A DNA stretch of 64,000 bases. It comes from Syntrophales bacterium. GTDB lineage: Bacteria > Desulfobacterota > Syntrophia > Syntrophales > PHBD01. Position numbers and translations under genes: made by a program. Positions within the stretch are counted from its first letter, which is position 1. The number at the start of each line of letters is the position of its first letter. The notes beneath the pieces are model-generated. The model was not told where the DNA came from. It did not search any database and saw only the letters and a list, made by a program, of their open reading frames with translations. Of this stretch, positions 28,549 to 38,659 are shown piece after piece. The stretch covers positions 1,120,001 through 1,184,000 of the forward strand of contig OY764159.1 in assembly GCA_963668175.1 (NCBI GenBank), given 5' to 3'.

Positions 28549-29328
28549 ATGCCGGAGCTGCCGGAGGTAGAAACGCTGTGCCGTCAGATGTCCGCCGTCC
28601 TGGTGGGTGCGAAGGTGCGCCGTCTTGATATCCTTGATGCGAAACTGGGCCGGGGAAAGAATCTGCGCGGCAGGCAAGTCATGGCAGTCTCGCGCGAAGG
28701 CAAATGGGTTGTTATCAAACTGGACAAGGATTTGACGATGCGCGTTCATCTGCGGATGACCGGCCGTCTTCTCTGGAGAGAAAGCGGCAGGGATATCCTG
28801 CCGCATACGCGCTTCGCCATCTTCTTCGACCGGGGCAGACTGGATCTCGTCGACCCACGCCGTTTCGCGACGCTCTCGTTCGACGAGCCGCCGGCGGAAC
28901 CGGTTCCGGTAAAAAATCCCCTGGAGTGTTTCGATACGAAGATTCTGATCGAAAGAGCGGCGAAAAGGAGGGTGACGGTGAAATCCTTTCTCCTCGATCA
29001 AAAGGTGATTGCCGGCATCGGCAATATCTATGCATGCGAGATCCTGCATGCGGCTTTCGTCGATCCGCGTCGCAGCGCCGGCAGCCTCTCCCGCGCGGAA
29101 TGGCGCAAAGTCGCCGCTGCGGCCGTACGTATCCTGCAGAAGGCCGTCGCCTGCCGGGGGACATCCGTCTCGGATTGGCGGGACCTGTTCGGCTGCTTGG
29201 CCGAGTACCAGAACCATCTGTCCGTTTACGCCCGTGCCGGCGAAGCCTGTCGTCAGTGCGGTGGGACGCTTGTCCGGGAGTCGATCGGCGGCAGGGGAAC
29301 CTTTTTCTGCCCGGCCTGCCAGCGCTGA
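28549..29328 (+). CDS. mutM: Formamidopyrimidine-DNA glycosylase
   Basis: MPELPEVE, HLRMTG, GIGNIY, C-terminal zinc finger. Confidence 0.95.
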   Translation: MPELPEVETLCRQMSAVLVGAKVRRLDILDAKLGRGKNLRGRQVMAVSREGKWVVIKLDKDLTMRVHLRMTGRLLWRESGRDILPHTRFAIFFDRGRLDLVDPRRFATLSFDEPPAEPVPVKNPLECFDTKILIERAAKRRVTVKSFLLDQKVIAGIGNIYACEILHAAFVDPRRSAGSLSRAEWRKVAAAAVRILQKAVACRGTSVSDWRDLFGCLAEYQNHLSVYARAGEACRQCGGTLVRESIGGRGTFFCPACQR

Positions 29329-29475
29329 GGTGGCATGCCCCCCTGGAAACGAGCCGATTCAAGGGTTTCATGACCACGGTCTCCCGTCAAAACACGGACA
29401 AAAACCCTTTTGCAATCGCCCGTGAGTTGTGTTTAGATGACCCTCTGAGGAGACGACAGGGAAGGAGGCTTCGCA

Positions 29476-30045
29476 ATGATCGGCGAACTGATACGAAGAA
29501 ACAGGAGCTACCGGCGGTTTGACGAGAGCCATGCCATCGGCCGCGATACCCTGGAAGAGCTTGTCGAGCTGGCGCGGCTTTCCGCCTCGGCGGCCAACAA
29601 GCAGCCCTTGAAGTATATTCTTTCGTGTGATCCGGTCCGCAATGCCGCTGTCTTTGAAACGCTGGCCTGGGCCGCGTATCTGAAGGATTGGCCCGGGCCC
29701 GGAGAAGGACAGAGACCGACGGGCTATATCGTCGTCCTGCTCGATACGGAAATTGCCAACTCTCCGCACTGCGACCACGGTATTGTCTCGCAGAGCATGC
29801 TCCTCGGGGCCGTCGAAAAAGGCCTGGGCGGCTGCATCATCGCCTCGGTGAAGAAAGAATCCCTGCGCCGGGCCCTTTCCATTCCCGAGCGGTACGAGAT
29901 TCTTCTGGTCCTGGCGCTGGGAAAGCCTGTCGAGAAGGTCGTCATCGAGGAAGTCGGGGCGGACGGCGACGTGAAATACTGGCATGCGGCCGACGGCTCC
30001 CATCATGTCCCCAAACGGAGGCTCTCCGATATCATCATCGGATGA
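29476..30045 (+). CDS. Nitroreductase family protein
   Basis: RSYRRF, ASAANKQP, GLGGC, HHVPKR. Confidence 0.88.
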   Translation: MIGELIRRNRSYRRFDESHAIGRDTLEELVELARLSASAANKQPLKYILSCDPVRNAAVFETLAWAAYLKDWPGPGEGQRPTGYIVVLLDTEIANSPHCDHGIVSQSMLLGAVEKGLGGCIIASVKKESLRRALSIPERYEILLVLALGKPVEKVVIEEVGADGDVKYWHAADGSHHVPKRRLSDIIIG

Positions 30046-30189
30046 ATGAAATGAGAGTAAACGGCTTCTCCCGCTTTCCCGGGGGCGCCGGATTTTAATG
30101 ATTGCTTAATCGCAATCGATCTTGTTATAGAAACACTTTTAAACGAAAAGTTGCGGTCGATGTTGAAGACCGAGAACCGGAGGTAGGTT

Positions 30190-31347
30190 ATGATCAATCC
30201 TTTTTCCTTTACCGGGGCACGCCGGATCGTTTTCGGCAACGGGTCATTTTTGGAATTGGCGGATCGCGTCGGCGAACTCCGCGGAAAGCGTCCCTTGGTT
30301 GTCATGGATAAGCAACTGGCGGGGGCGGGAGTCGGCTCACAGGTTGCGGGCATGTTCGACAAGGCACGGCTCAAGTACGTCCTTTTCGACGCCGCCGAGC
30401 CGGAACCGCGGCTGGAATTGGCCGACGAAGGAGCGAAAGCGGCCCTGAAAGGGAAATGCGATGCGGTCGTCGGAATAGGCGGCGGCAGCACGATGGATCT
30501 CGCGAAAGCCGTGGCCGCACTGGCCGCCAACAAGGGCAAGGCCGTAGACTACCTGGGATTGAACAATATTCCGGGGCCGGGATTGCCCATGATCATGGTG
30601 CCGACGACGGCGGGTACCGGCAGCGAGGTGACCTTCACGGCGGTATTCGTCAGGAAGAATTTAAAGAAGAAAGAGGGCATGAACAGCCCGTATCTTTACC
30701 CCGATCTGGCCCTTCTGGACCCGATGCTGACCCTGAGCCTGCCGCCCCACCCGACGGCGACCACGGGGATCGATGCCCTCTGCCATGCGATAGAGTCCTT
30801 CACGTCCGTCAATGCCTCGCCCATGAGCGAGCTGGTTTCCCTGGAGGCGATCCGTCTGATTGCGGAGAACCTGCGGGCTTGCGTCCACAACGGCAACGAT
30901 ATCCAGGCCAGGGAAAACATGCTGCTGGGCAGCCTTTATGCCGGGCTGGGATTGGCCAACGCGGGCGTTACGGCCGTTCATTCCCTGTCGTATCCCCTGG
31001 GCGGGAAGTTCGGCATTCCGCACGGACTGGCCAACACGATGATGCTCCCTGCCGTAATGGTCTATAACCTCCCCGGCGCCCATGAGAAATTCGCCCTCGT
31101 GGCGGAGGCCATGGGAGAGATCGTCGACGACATGTCGCTCCGGGAAGCGGCCTACCAATCCGTGGAAGCCGTCGATTCCCTGATTGAGGACTGCGGCATC
31201 TACAGCACCCTCAAGGACTTCGGCATCAAGGAGAAGGATTTTCCTGAACTCGCCAAAGTCGCCATGACGGTCGCGAGGCCCCTGGCCAACAACCCCCGCA
31301 AGGTGACGGTGGAAGATGCCATGGCCATCTATGAAGATGCATTCTGA
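30190..31347 (+). CDS. Iron-containing alcohol dehydrogenase family protein, possibly KdnB-like
   Basis: GGGSTMDLAKAV, PTTAGTGSE, DALCHAIES, HSLSY, HGLAN; directly upstream of a KdnA-like gene. Confidence 0.85.
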   Translation: MINPFSFTGARRIVFGNGSFLELADRVGELRGKRPLVVMDKQLAGAGVGSQVAGMFDKARLKYVLFDAAEPEPRLELADEGAKAALKGKCDAVVGIGGGSTMDLAKAVAALAANKGKAVDYLGLNNIPGPGLPMIMVPTTAGTGSEVTFTAVFVRKNLKKKEGMNSPYLYPDLALLDPMLTLSLPPHPTATTGIDALCHAIESFTSVNASPMSELVSLEAIRLIAENLRACVHNGNDIQARENMLLGSLYAGLGLANAGVTAVHSLSYPLGGKFGIPHGLANTMMLPAVMVYNLPGAHEKFALVAEAMGEIVDDMSLREAAYQSVEAVDSLIEDCGIYSTLKDFGIKEKDFPELAKVAMTVARPLANNPRKVTVEDAMAIYEDAF

Positions 31348-31417
31348 AATCGGGCGACCGGTGAAATAGCGACCGGGGTGCGGATCACCCCGGTTTGAAG
31401 GACGGAGGCGGGAGAGG

Positions 31418-32620
31418 ATGGCCGGCGCCGAGCTTATTGGCGATGAAGAACGAAAAGAGATCATGGATGTCATGGAAACGGGCATCCTCATGCGCTACGG
31501 TTTCGACAAGGAGCGCAAGGGCGTCTTCAAGGTAAGGGAATTTGAAGAGGCTTTTGCCGCGCATTGCGGAGCCGGGTTTGCGCTGGGCGTCACGTCGGGT
31601 TCGGCGGCGCTGAAAGTGGCCCTTACCGCCCTCGACATCGGACCCGGCGACGAGGTCATCGTGCCGGCCTTCACGTTCATTGCGACTTACGAAGCAGTAC
31701 TGGAAGTGGGGGCGATTCCCGTGATGGCCGACATCGACGATACCCTCAATCTCGATCCTGAGGATATCGCCAGGAAGATGACGCCATACACGAAGGCGGT
31801 GATTCCCGTCCATATGTGCGGCGCCCCGGCGCGCATCGACCGGATCGTCGATATCGCCCGGCGGTTCTTTATCAGGGTCCTGGAGGACAACGCCCAGTCG
31901 TGCGGCGGTTCATTCCAGGGAAAGAAGCTGGGCACCTTCGGACACATGGGTATTTTCAGCTTCGATTACTACAAGACGATGACGACGGGCGAAGGCGGCA
32001 TGGTGGTCACGGACGACAGGGAACTCTACGAACGGTCCGACTGGTATCACGACCACGGCCACGATCACGACCCCACGGTCAGCCGCGCCATGGAAGGGCG
32101 GTTCATCCTCGGATTCAACTACCGGATGAACGAACTGCAGGGGGCGCTGGGGCTTGCCCAACTGCGCAAGCTTCCGGCGATCATCGCGGGGCAGAGGAAA
32201 AACAAGGACGCTGTCAAGGCCCTGCTGCAAGGGGTTCCGGGACTGAAATTCCGGGAGATACCGGATCCGGACGGCGATACGGCGACGTTCCTCGGCTTCA
32301 ATCTGCCCACGGCCGTGAAGGCGGAGCGCTTTCAGAAGGCCCTGGCCGCCGCCGGTGTCGAGACGGTCTGCTTCAAGAAGAACAAGTGGCATTACTGCCC
32401 GAACTGGGAGCACCTCATGGCCTGGTCGACGGCCAACTCGAAGAAGTATCCGTTTACGTACCCGACCTACAGGGGCAAGGTGGACTACAGCATTCGCCAC
32501 ATCCCACGGGCGGAGGACCTCCTGGGACGAACCCTGTTTATGGCGGTTCCCGTCAGGATGGACGAGGAGAGGCTGGGCGAGATCAAAACGGCCGTCGACA
32601 AGGCGGCCCAGGTCGTATAG
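31418..32620 (+). CDS. DegT/DnrJ PLP aminotransferase, KdnA (8-amino-Kdo transaminase)-like
   Basis: SFDYYKTMTTGEGG (PLP Lys), DHGHDH, FREIPDPDGD, NKWHY..NW: motifs I recall from Shewanella KdnA. Confidence 0.85.
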   Translation: MAGAELIGDEERKEIMDVMETGILMRYGFDKERKGVFKVREFEEAFAAHCGAGFALGVTSGSAALKVALTALDIGPGDEVIVPAFTFIATYEAVLEVGAIPVMADIDDTLNLDPEDIARKMTPYTKAVIPVHMCGAPARIDRIVDIARRFFIRVLEDNAQSCGGSFQGKKLGTFGHMGIFSFDYYKTMTTGEGGMVVTDDRELYERSDWYHDHGHDHDPTVSRAMEGRFILGFNYRMNELQGALGLAQLRKLPAIIAGQRKNKDAVKALLQGVPGLKFREIPDPDGDTATFLGFNLPTAVKAERFQKALAAAGVETVCFKKNKWHYCPNWEHLMAWSTANSKKYPFTYPTYRGKVDYSIRHIPRAEDLLGRTLFMAVPVRMDEERLGEIKTAVDKAAQVV

Positions 32621-32649
32621 CCGGAACAGACAAGGAGGACAGGCATTTC

Positions 32650-33621
32650 ATGATCGTTGTAACCGGCGGTGCCGGCTTTATCGGCAGCGCCTTTGTCTGG
32701 AAACTGAATACGGAGCGGATCGAAGACATCGTCGTCGTAGACGACCTGGGGACGTCCGGCAAATGGAAGAACCTGGTCAACCGCCGCTTTGCGGACTACA
32801 TCCATAAGGACGATTTCATGAAGATGGTCCGGTCCGACGATGTCCCTTTTGCCGTCGAGGCCGTGATTCACATGGGGGCGTGCTCCTCGACGACGGAGCG
32901 GGATGCCGACTATCTCATGGAGAACAACTACCGGTACACGCTGCGGCTGGCGGAATGGGCGATGCGCGGAGGGATCCGCTTCATCTATGCCAGCTCGGCG
33001 GCGACGTACGGAGACGGTTCGCAGGGGTTTGCCGACGACGACGGCGTTACGAAGACCCTGCGGCCCATCAACATGTACGGCTATTCCAAGCAGGTCTTCG
33101 ATCTCTGGGCCCTGCGGACCGGTGCCGTCCGGAAGACGGCGGGGATTAAATTCTTCAATGTCTTCGGTCCCAACGAGTATCACAAGGGGGACATGACCAG
33201 CGTCATCTTCAAATCGTTTCACCAAATCAGGGAGACGGGCAAGGTGCGCCTCTTCAAGTCCTACCGGCCGCCGTACGGCGACGGCGGGCAGATGAGGGAT
33301 TTCGTTTACGTCAAGGATTGCGTCGACGTCCTCTGGTGGCTCCTGGTCCACAGAGAAGTCTGCGGGATATATAACCTCGGGACGGCGCAGGCCCGGACCT
33401 GGAACGACCTGGTCACGGCCGTCTTTACGTCCATGGGATTGCCGCCCTCCATCGAATATATCGAGATGCCCGAGGCGATACGGGACCAGTACCAGTACTT
33501 CACGGAAGCGAAAATGGATAAGCTGAAAGCTGCGGGGTGTACGGCAAGCTTCCGGTCTCTCGAAGACGCAGTGCGGGACTATGTTGTAAACCATTTGCAG
33601 AAGGCCGATCCCCATCTTTAA
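32650..33621 (+). CDS. hldD: ADP-L-glycero-D-manno-heptose 6-epimerase
   Basis: MIVVTGGAGFIGS, GACSSTTE, YASSAATYG, YGYSK, FNVFGPNEYHKG. Confidence 0.95.
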   Translation: MIVVTGGAGFIGSAFVWKLNTERIEDIVVVDDLGTSGKWKNLVNRRFADYIHKDDFMKMVRSDDVPFAVEAVIHMGACSSTTERDADYLMENNYRYTLRLAEWAMRGGIRFIYASSAATYGDGSQGFADDDGVTKTLRPINMYGYSKQVFDLWALRTGAVRKTAGIKFFNVFGPNEYHKGDMTSVIFKSFHQIRETGKVRLFKSYRPPYGDGGQMRDFVYVKDCVDVLWWLLVHREVCGIYNLGTAQARTWNDLVTAVFTSMGLPPSIEYIEMPEAIRDQYQYFTEAKMDKLKAAGCTASFRSLEDAVRDYVVNHLQKADPHL

Positions 33622-33799
33622 CGGGCAACTGGCGAAGCGTGCCCCGGCGAGACGCAGGTGCGTTTCCGCCTGAGCCGAATTTGCACGTGCCACACAGTCT
33701 TGATCGCCGGGGCCGGCGGTGGGGGGATGTTACGGGTCCGGGATCATTGCGGGGGTATATCGGGGATGTCCCGGTATCAAAACATTTACGGGAGGAAAT

Positions 33800-34852
33800 A
33801 TGACTTCAGACAGGGAAAAAGCGGTTGATCTGGCCATCAGCCAAATTGAACGTCAGTTTGGCAAGGGCTCCATCATGCGTTTGGGGGGGGACGAGAAGAT
33901 AAGCGATGTTCCGGCCATATCGACGGGCGCCTTGAGCCTTGATATCGCCCTGGGGATCGGCGGCGTTCCCCGCGGCAGGATCGTGGAGATCTTCGGTCCC
34001 GAGTCCGGCGGCAAGACGACGCTGGCCCTCCATATCGTCGCCGAAGCGCAGAAAATGAACGGACTGGCGGCCTTCATCGATGCCGAGCACGCCCTCGACG
34101 TGACCTATGCGAGGAAGATCGGGGTCAACACCGACGACCTCCTGATCTCTCAGCCCGATACGGGTGAGCAGGCCCTGGAAATTGCGGAAACCCTGGTCCG
34201 AAGCGGAGCGCTCGATGTCCTGGTCGTCGATTCCGTGGCCGCCCTCGTGCCGAAGGCGGAGATCGAGGGGGAAATGGGGGACGCCCAGATGGGGCTCCAG
34301 GCCCGACTGATGTCGCAGGCCCTGCGGAAACTCACGGGGAGCATCAGCAAATCGAAGACGACGGTGATCTTCATCAACCAGTTGCGCATGAAGATAGGGG
34401 TATTCTTCGGCAATCCAGAGACAACGACGGGCGGCAACGCCTTGAAATTCTACTCCACCATGCGCCTCGACATCCGCAAGGTCAACGTCATCAAACAGGG
34501 GCAGGATGTGGTAGGCATGCGGACCAAAGTCAAAGTCGTCAAGAACAAGCTGGCCCCGCCGTTTAGGGAGACGGAATTCGACATCATCTTCGGCGAAGGC
34601 ATCTCGCGGCTGGGCGACGTCATCGATCTGGCCTCCGAGGCCGGCGTCATCGAAAAGAGCGGCGCCTGGTATTCTTACAAGGGTGAGCGTCTCGGCCAGG
34701 GCAGGGACAACACGAAGGTCATGCTTACGGAAAACAAGGCCATGCTGGGTGAAATCGAGGCGCAGGTGAGGGCGAAGCACGGACTCGCCGCCGCGGTGGC
34801 GGAAGAGAAGGCGGAAAAGCCGGAGAAACCGGCGAAGCATGAGAAGAAGTAA
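33800..34852 (+). CDS. recA: Recombinase A
   Basis: [39 protein letters not shown]. Confidence 0.98.
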   Translation: MTSDREKAVDLAISQIERQFGKGSIMRLGGDEKISDVPAISTGALSLDIALGIGGVPRGRIVEIFGPESGGKTTLALHIVAEAQKMNGLAAFIDAEHALDVTYARKIGVNTDDLLISQPDTGEQALEIAETLVRSGALDVLVVDSVAALVPKAEIEGEMGDAQMGLQARLMSQALRKLTGSISKSKTTVIFINQLRMKIGVFFGNPETTTGGNALKFYSTMRLDIRKVNVIKQGQDVVGMRTKVKVVKNKLAPPFRETEFDIIFGEGISRLGDVIDLASEAGVIEKSGAWYSYKGERLGQGRDNTKVMLTENKAMLGEIEAQVRAKHGLAAAVAEEKAEKPEKPAKHEKK

Positions 34853-35343
34853 TGGCCGCGGACCCGCTTTTTGAGCGCGCCTTGCAAAAATCGTATCGCC
34901 TGCTGTCGCTTCGGGCGAGAAGTGAAAAGGAACTACGGCAGAAGCTGGCTCTGAGAGGGTTTGACGAGGACACCGTCGACGCGGCCGTTGCCCGGCTTTA
35001 CGAACTGGGCTATCTCGGCGACGAGAGCTTTGCGCGGCAGTGGGCCAGGCACCTTGCCGTCGACAAACTGCTGGGAGACAGGAAGATAGCGGCGAGTCTT
35101 GCGGAAAAAGGCATAGAGAGGAATGAGGCCCATAAGGCCATTCGCGAGGCGAGGCGGGAATTAAGCGAAGCAGAAGCCTTAAGAAGGCTGTTGGAGAAGA
35201 AGCGGCGTCCCGGGGGGGCGGCCATGGACGAGAAGCTGAGGAGGAGACACTTCCGGAGCCTGCTTGCCAAAGGTTTTCCCACGGGTTTGATTTATGAGGT
35301 CATGAATTCAAAGGAGGAGTGTCAATATGATGACGGGCAGTGA
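34852..35343 (+). CDS. recX: Regulatory protein RecX
   Basis: RARSEKEL, GYLGDESFA, KGF; immediately follows recA. Confidence 0.88.
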   Translation: MAADPLFERALQKSYRLLSLRARSEKELRQKLALRGFDEDTVDAAVARLYELGYLGDESFARQWARHLAVDKLLGDRKIAASLAEKGIERNEAHKAIREARRELSEAEALRRLLEKKRRPGGAAMDEKLRRRHFRSLLAKGFPTGLIYEVMNSKEECQYDDGQ

Positions 35344-37960
35344 GATCAGGCAACGTTTTCTTAAGTTCTTTGCAGAGCGGGGACATACGATTGTTCCCAG
35401 TTCGGGCCTTATCCCCAAGGACGATCCGACGTTGCTGTTCACCAACTCCGGCATGGTCCAGTTCAAGAACTGCTTCCTGGGACTCGAAGATAGAGGCTAT
35501 ACGCGCGCGACGTCATCGCAGAAGTCGGTGAGGGCAGGGGGAAAGCACAACGACCTGGAGAATGTCGGCTATACGGCCCGGCATCACACCTTTTTTGAAA
35601 TGCTGGGGAATTTCTCCTTCGGCGATTACTTCAAGAAAGAATCGATCGCCTGGGGGTGGGAATTTCTGACGGAAACCATGGGGATTCCGAAGGAGAAACT
35701 GTGGATCACCATCTACCAGGACGACGACGAGGCCTTCGAAATATGGAATAAACAGGTAGGGGTGCCGACGGAGCGGATTGTCCGCATGGGAATGGAAAGC
35801 AATTTCTGGATGATGGGAGAGACCGGCCCCTGCGGACCCTGCTCGGAAATCCTCTACGATCAGGGGCCCGGTGTCGGATGCGGCCGGCCGGAATGCAGCG
35901 TGGAATGCGACTGCGACCGCCACCTGGAAATATGGAACCACGTCTTCACCCAGTTCGACCGCGACAAGGACGGTAATTTGACACCGCTCCCGAAGCCCAA
36001 TATCGACACGGGCATGGGGCTGGAACGCCTGGCTGCCGTGATTCAGGGTTTCCCGAGCAATTACGATACGGACTTTTTCATGCCGATCATCCGGTTCATC
36101 GGCAAGATCAGCGGCAAGACATACCGGGTCAACGAGGAAAACGACGTCTCCATGAGGGTCATTGCCGACCACAGCCGGGCGGTGACCTTCCTGATCGGGG
36201 ACGGCGTGTTGCCGAGCAACGAGGGCCGGGGCTATGTCCTCCGCAGGATCCTCCGGCGGGCGGCCCGCCACGGGAAGCTACTCGGCATGGACAAGCCGTT
36301 CCTCAACGAGGTCGTGTCCGTCGTCGTGGAGGTGATGAAAGACGCCTATCCGGACCTCGTCGACAAGGAATCCTACATTCGAAAAGTCGTCGTCAACGAA
36401 GAGCAGCGCTTCACCGACACACTCGATTCGGGACTTAAGATTCTCAACGAGGAAGTGAAGGCCCTGAAGGCATCGGGAAAGAACGTGGTGCCCGGAGACG
36501 TGGTCTTCAAGCTGTACGATACCTTCGGCTTCCCCGTCGATCTCACGGCGGACATCGTCAGGAAAGACGGCCTCACGCTCGATATGGAGAAATTCGAAGC
36601 GTGCATGGAGGCCCAGCGGGAGAAGGCCCGCGAATCGTGGAAGGGAAGCGGCGAGCAGGCCGTGGCCGACAGCTATATGAAGCTCGCGACCCGGGGCATC
36701 GCCACCAGCTTTGTCGGCTATCACGGGCTCACCGAGGCGAAATCGGTGGTGACGGCCATCCTGAAGAAAGACGCCGACGTGACGACGATTGCGGAGGGCG
36801 ACAATGCGGAGATTTTCGTGGAGGAAACCCCGTTTTATGGGGAAAAGGGCGGTCAGGTCGGCGATACGGGCGTCATCGAAGGAGACGGATTCCTGTTCGA
36901 AGTCTGGGATGCCCAGTGTCCCACGGAAAACCTGATCACGCACATCGGCAAGCTCAAGAAAGGAAAGCTCTCCGTCGGGGATGTCGCGGATTTGAAAGTG
37001 GACGTGGAGAGACGGCGGGCCATCGAGGCCCATCATTCGGGTACGCATCTCCTGAATGCCGCCCTGCGAGAGACCCTGGGCGACCACGTCAAGCAATCGG
37101 GCTCTCTGGTCACGCCTGAGCGCCTCCGTTTCGACTTTACGCATTTTTCGAAAATAGAAGATGACGAGATGGATCGGATCGAAATGAGGGCGAACGAATT
37201 CATCCAGGCGAACGCCGACGTCAATACGAGGGTTCTCCCCAAGGAAGAGGCGATGAAGACGGGTGCCGCAGCCGTTTTCGACGAAAAATACAGCGACGAC
37301 GTGCGCGTCGTTAAGATGGGGGAATACAGCGCGGAGCTGTGCGGGGGTACCCACGTGGAAAAGACGGGCGACATCGGCCTCATTAAAGTGATCAACGAAT
37401 CATCGGTGGCCGCCGGCGTCCGGAGAATCGAGGCCGTGACGGGGAAAGAAGCCATCAAGCATTTCAAATCCGTCGAAACGGAGCTGAAGAAGGCGGCCGC
37501 CCTCCTCAAGGCCGCCCCCGCCGAAGTGGCGGAAAGGACCGAGAAGCTTCTGAAGCATCAGAAAGACCTGGAGAAGGAAATCGAAACGCTCAAGGGAAAA
37601 CTGGCGGCCAAGGATTCGGCCGATATCATGAGTAAGTTAAAGGAGATCAAGGGCGTTCGTGTCCTGGCCAGCGCCGTCGACGTGGCCGATGTGAAAACAC
37701 TGCGCGATCTGGGTGATAAGCTCCGCGACCGGATTCAATCCGGGATCATTCTTCTGGGAAGCAGGGCGGAAGGCAAGGCGATGCTCCTGTGCCTCATTAC
37801 CAAGGATTTGACCGACCGTTACAAGGCGGGAGACATCATCAAAACCATCGCTCCGATCGTGGGCGGAAGCGGCGGAGGCCGGCCCGACATGGCGCAGGCC
37901 GGGGGACCCAAGCCGGAAAACCTGGATCAGGCCCTGGCCAAACTCGAATCGATCATCTGA
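35327..37960 (+). CDS. alaS: Alanine--tRNA ligase
   Basis: DPTLLFTNSGM, HHTFFEMLGNFS, ELCGGTH, GGGRPDMAQAG. Confidence 0.98.
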   Translation: MMTGSEIRQRFLKFFAERGHTIVPSSGLIPKDDPTLLFTNSGMVQFKNCFLGLEDRGYTRATSSQKSVRAGGKHNDLENVGYTARHHTFFEMLGNFSFGDYFKKESIAWGWEFLTETMGIPKEKLWITIYQDDDEAFEIWNKQVGVPTERIVRMGMESNFWMMGETGPCGPCSEILYDQGPGVGCGRPECSVECDCDRHLEIWNHVFTQFDRDKDGNLTPLPKPNIDTGMGLERLAAVIQGFPSNYDTDFFMPIIRFIGKISGKTYRVNEENDVSMRVIADHSRAVTFLIGDGVLPSNEGRGYVLRRILRRAARHGKLLGMDKPFLNEVVSVVVEVMKDAYPDLVDKESYIRKVVVNEEQRFTDTLDSGLKILNEEVKALKASGKNVVPGDVVFKLYDTFGFPVDLTADIVRKDGLTLDMEKFEACMEAQREKARESWKGSGEQAVADSYMKLATRGIATSFVGYHGLTEAKSVVTAILKKDADVTTIAEGDNAEIFVEETPFYGEKGGQVGDTGVIEGDGFLFEVWDAQCPTENLITHIGKLKKGKLSVGDVADLKVDVERRRAIEAHHSGTHLLNAALRETLGDHVKQSGSLVTPERLRFDFTHFSKIEDDEMDRIEMRANEFIQANADVNTRVLPKEEAMKTGAAAVFDEKYSDDVRVVKMGEYSAELCGGTHVEKTGDIGLIKVINESSVAAGVRRIEAVTGKEAIKHFKSVETELKKAAALLKAAPAEVAERTEKLLKHQKDLEKEIETLKGKLAAKDSADIMSKLKEIKGVRVLASAVDVADVKTLRDLGDKLRDRIQSGIILLGSRAEGKAMLLCLITKDLTDRYKAGDIIKTIAPIVGGSGGGRPDMAQAGGPKPENLDQALAKLESII

Positions 37961-38012
37961 TCCGACATAATCCGGAGGCAGGATGCTGGTCGTTCCCGCC
38001 TCCCGGAACCGA

Positions 38013-38525
38013 CTAGATTTCCTTTTCAAGCTTCATGTAGGTTTCTATGTCCGGCGTATAGATAACGACCGAACCATCGCTCTTCTCGATAACCGCAGTC
38101 GTCGCTTTGGGAATGGAATACCAGATGCCGATCTGCTGGTTGTTCTTATCGACGATCGTAAATCCCCAAGCCGGATGATTCATGGACCTCAGGTAGGATT
38201 CCATGCCGGTTATCATGTCCTTGAGCTGTTCCGGCTTTTTAACCTTTTTCCAGAGGTCGGCGGGTTCAAGCCGCAATCCTTTCTTGATGCCCAGTACGGC
38301 GATTGGATGGGCATCGGGACCGCTGGAATAATAGTTATAGGCGGGATCGAACGTATAGCTCTCGAAACTATTTCTGGCGTCGTCGCTGGCCTTGAACACG
38401 CCCCAGTTCTGATACTTCATTGCGCCGCAGCCCGTAAGCAGAATACCCGCAATCACGAGTGCTGTTCCGGCCGTCAGGAAAAAACGCCTCACGATTGTGA
38501 TCGATATTTTGTGTAACCGATTCAT
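38013..38525 (-). CDS. Hypothetical lipoprotein
   Basis: Signal peptide with LTGC lipobox; GGGGAGG RBS. Confidence 0.7.
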   Translation of the reverse strand: MNRLHKISITIVRRFFLTAGTALVIAGILLTGCGAMKYQNWGVFKASDDARNSFESYTFDPAYNYYSSGPDAHPIAVLGIKKGLRLEPADLWKKVKKPEQLKDMITGMESYLRSMNHPAWGFTIVDKNNQQIGIWYSIPKATTAVIEKSDGSVVIYTPDIETYMKLEKEI

Positions 38526-38659
38526 TTTCTTCCCCTCCCCTGGTCCGTATGACTTTTTAACTATTATATGCATCATGGCTGAGATTGGCAAATCATTCCC
38601 ATTGTCCGTCGTGCTTTCCCCGCCGTGGATGACGGAAGAAGGGCGTCGGCCGTGCTTCG

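Noticed and set aside
31816..32649. 601-aa ORF suggesting an N-terminal fusion to hldD
   Set aside because: The extension is an off-frame overlap of the aminotransferase with Arg/Gly/Pro-rich shadow composition; hldD has its own RBS and ATG at 32650.
33622..33799. LexA box upstream of recA
   Set aside because: No recognisable CTGT-N8-ACAG, GAAC-N4-GTTC or GGTT-type operator.
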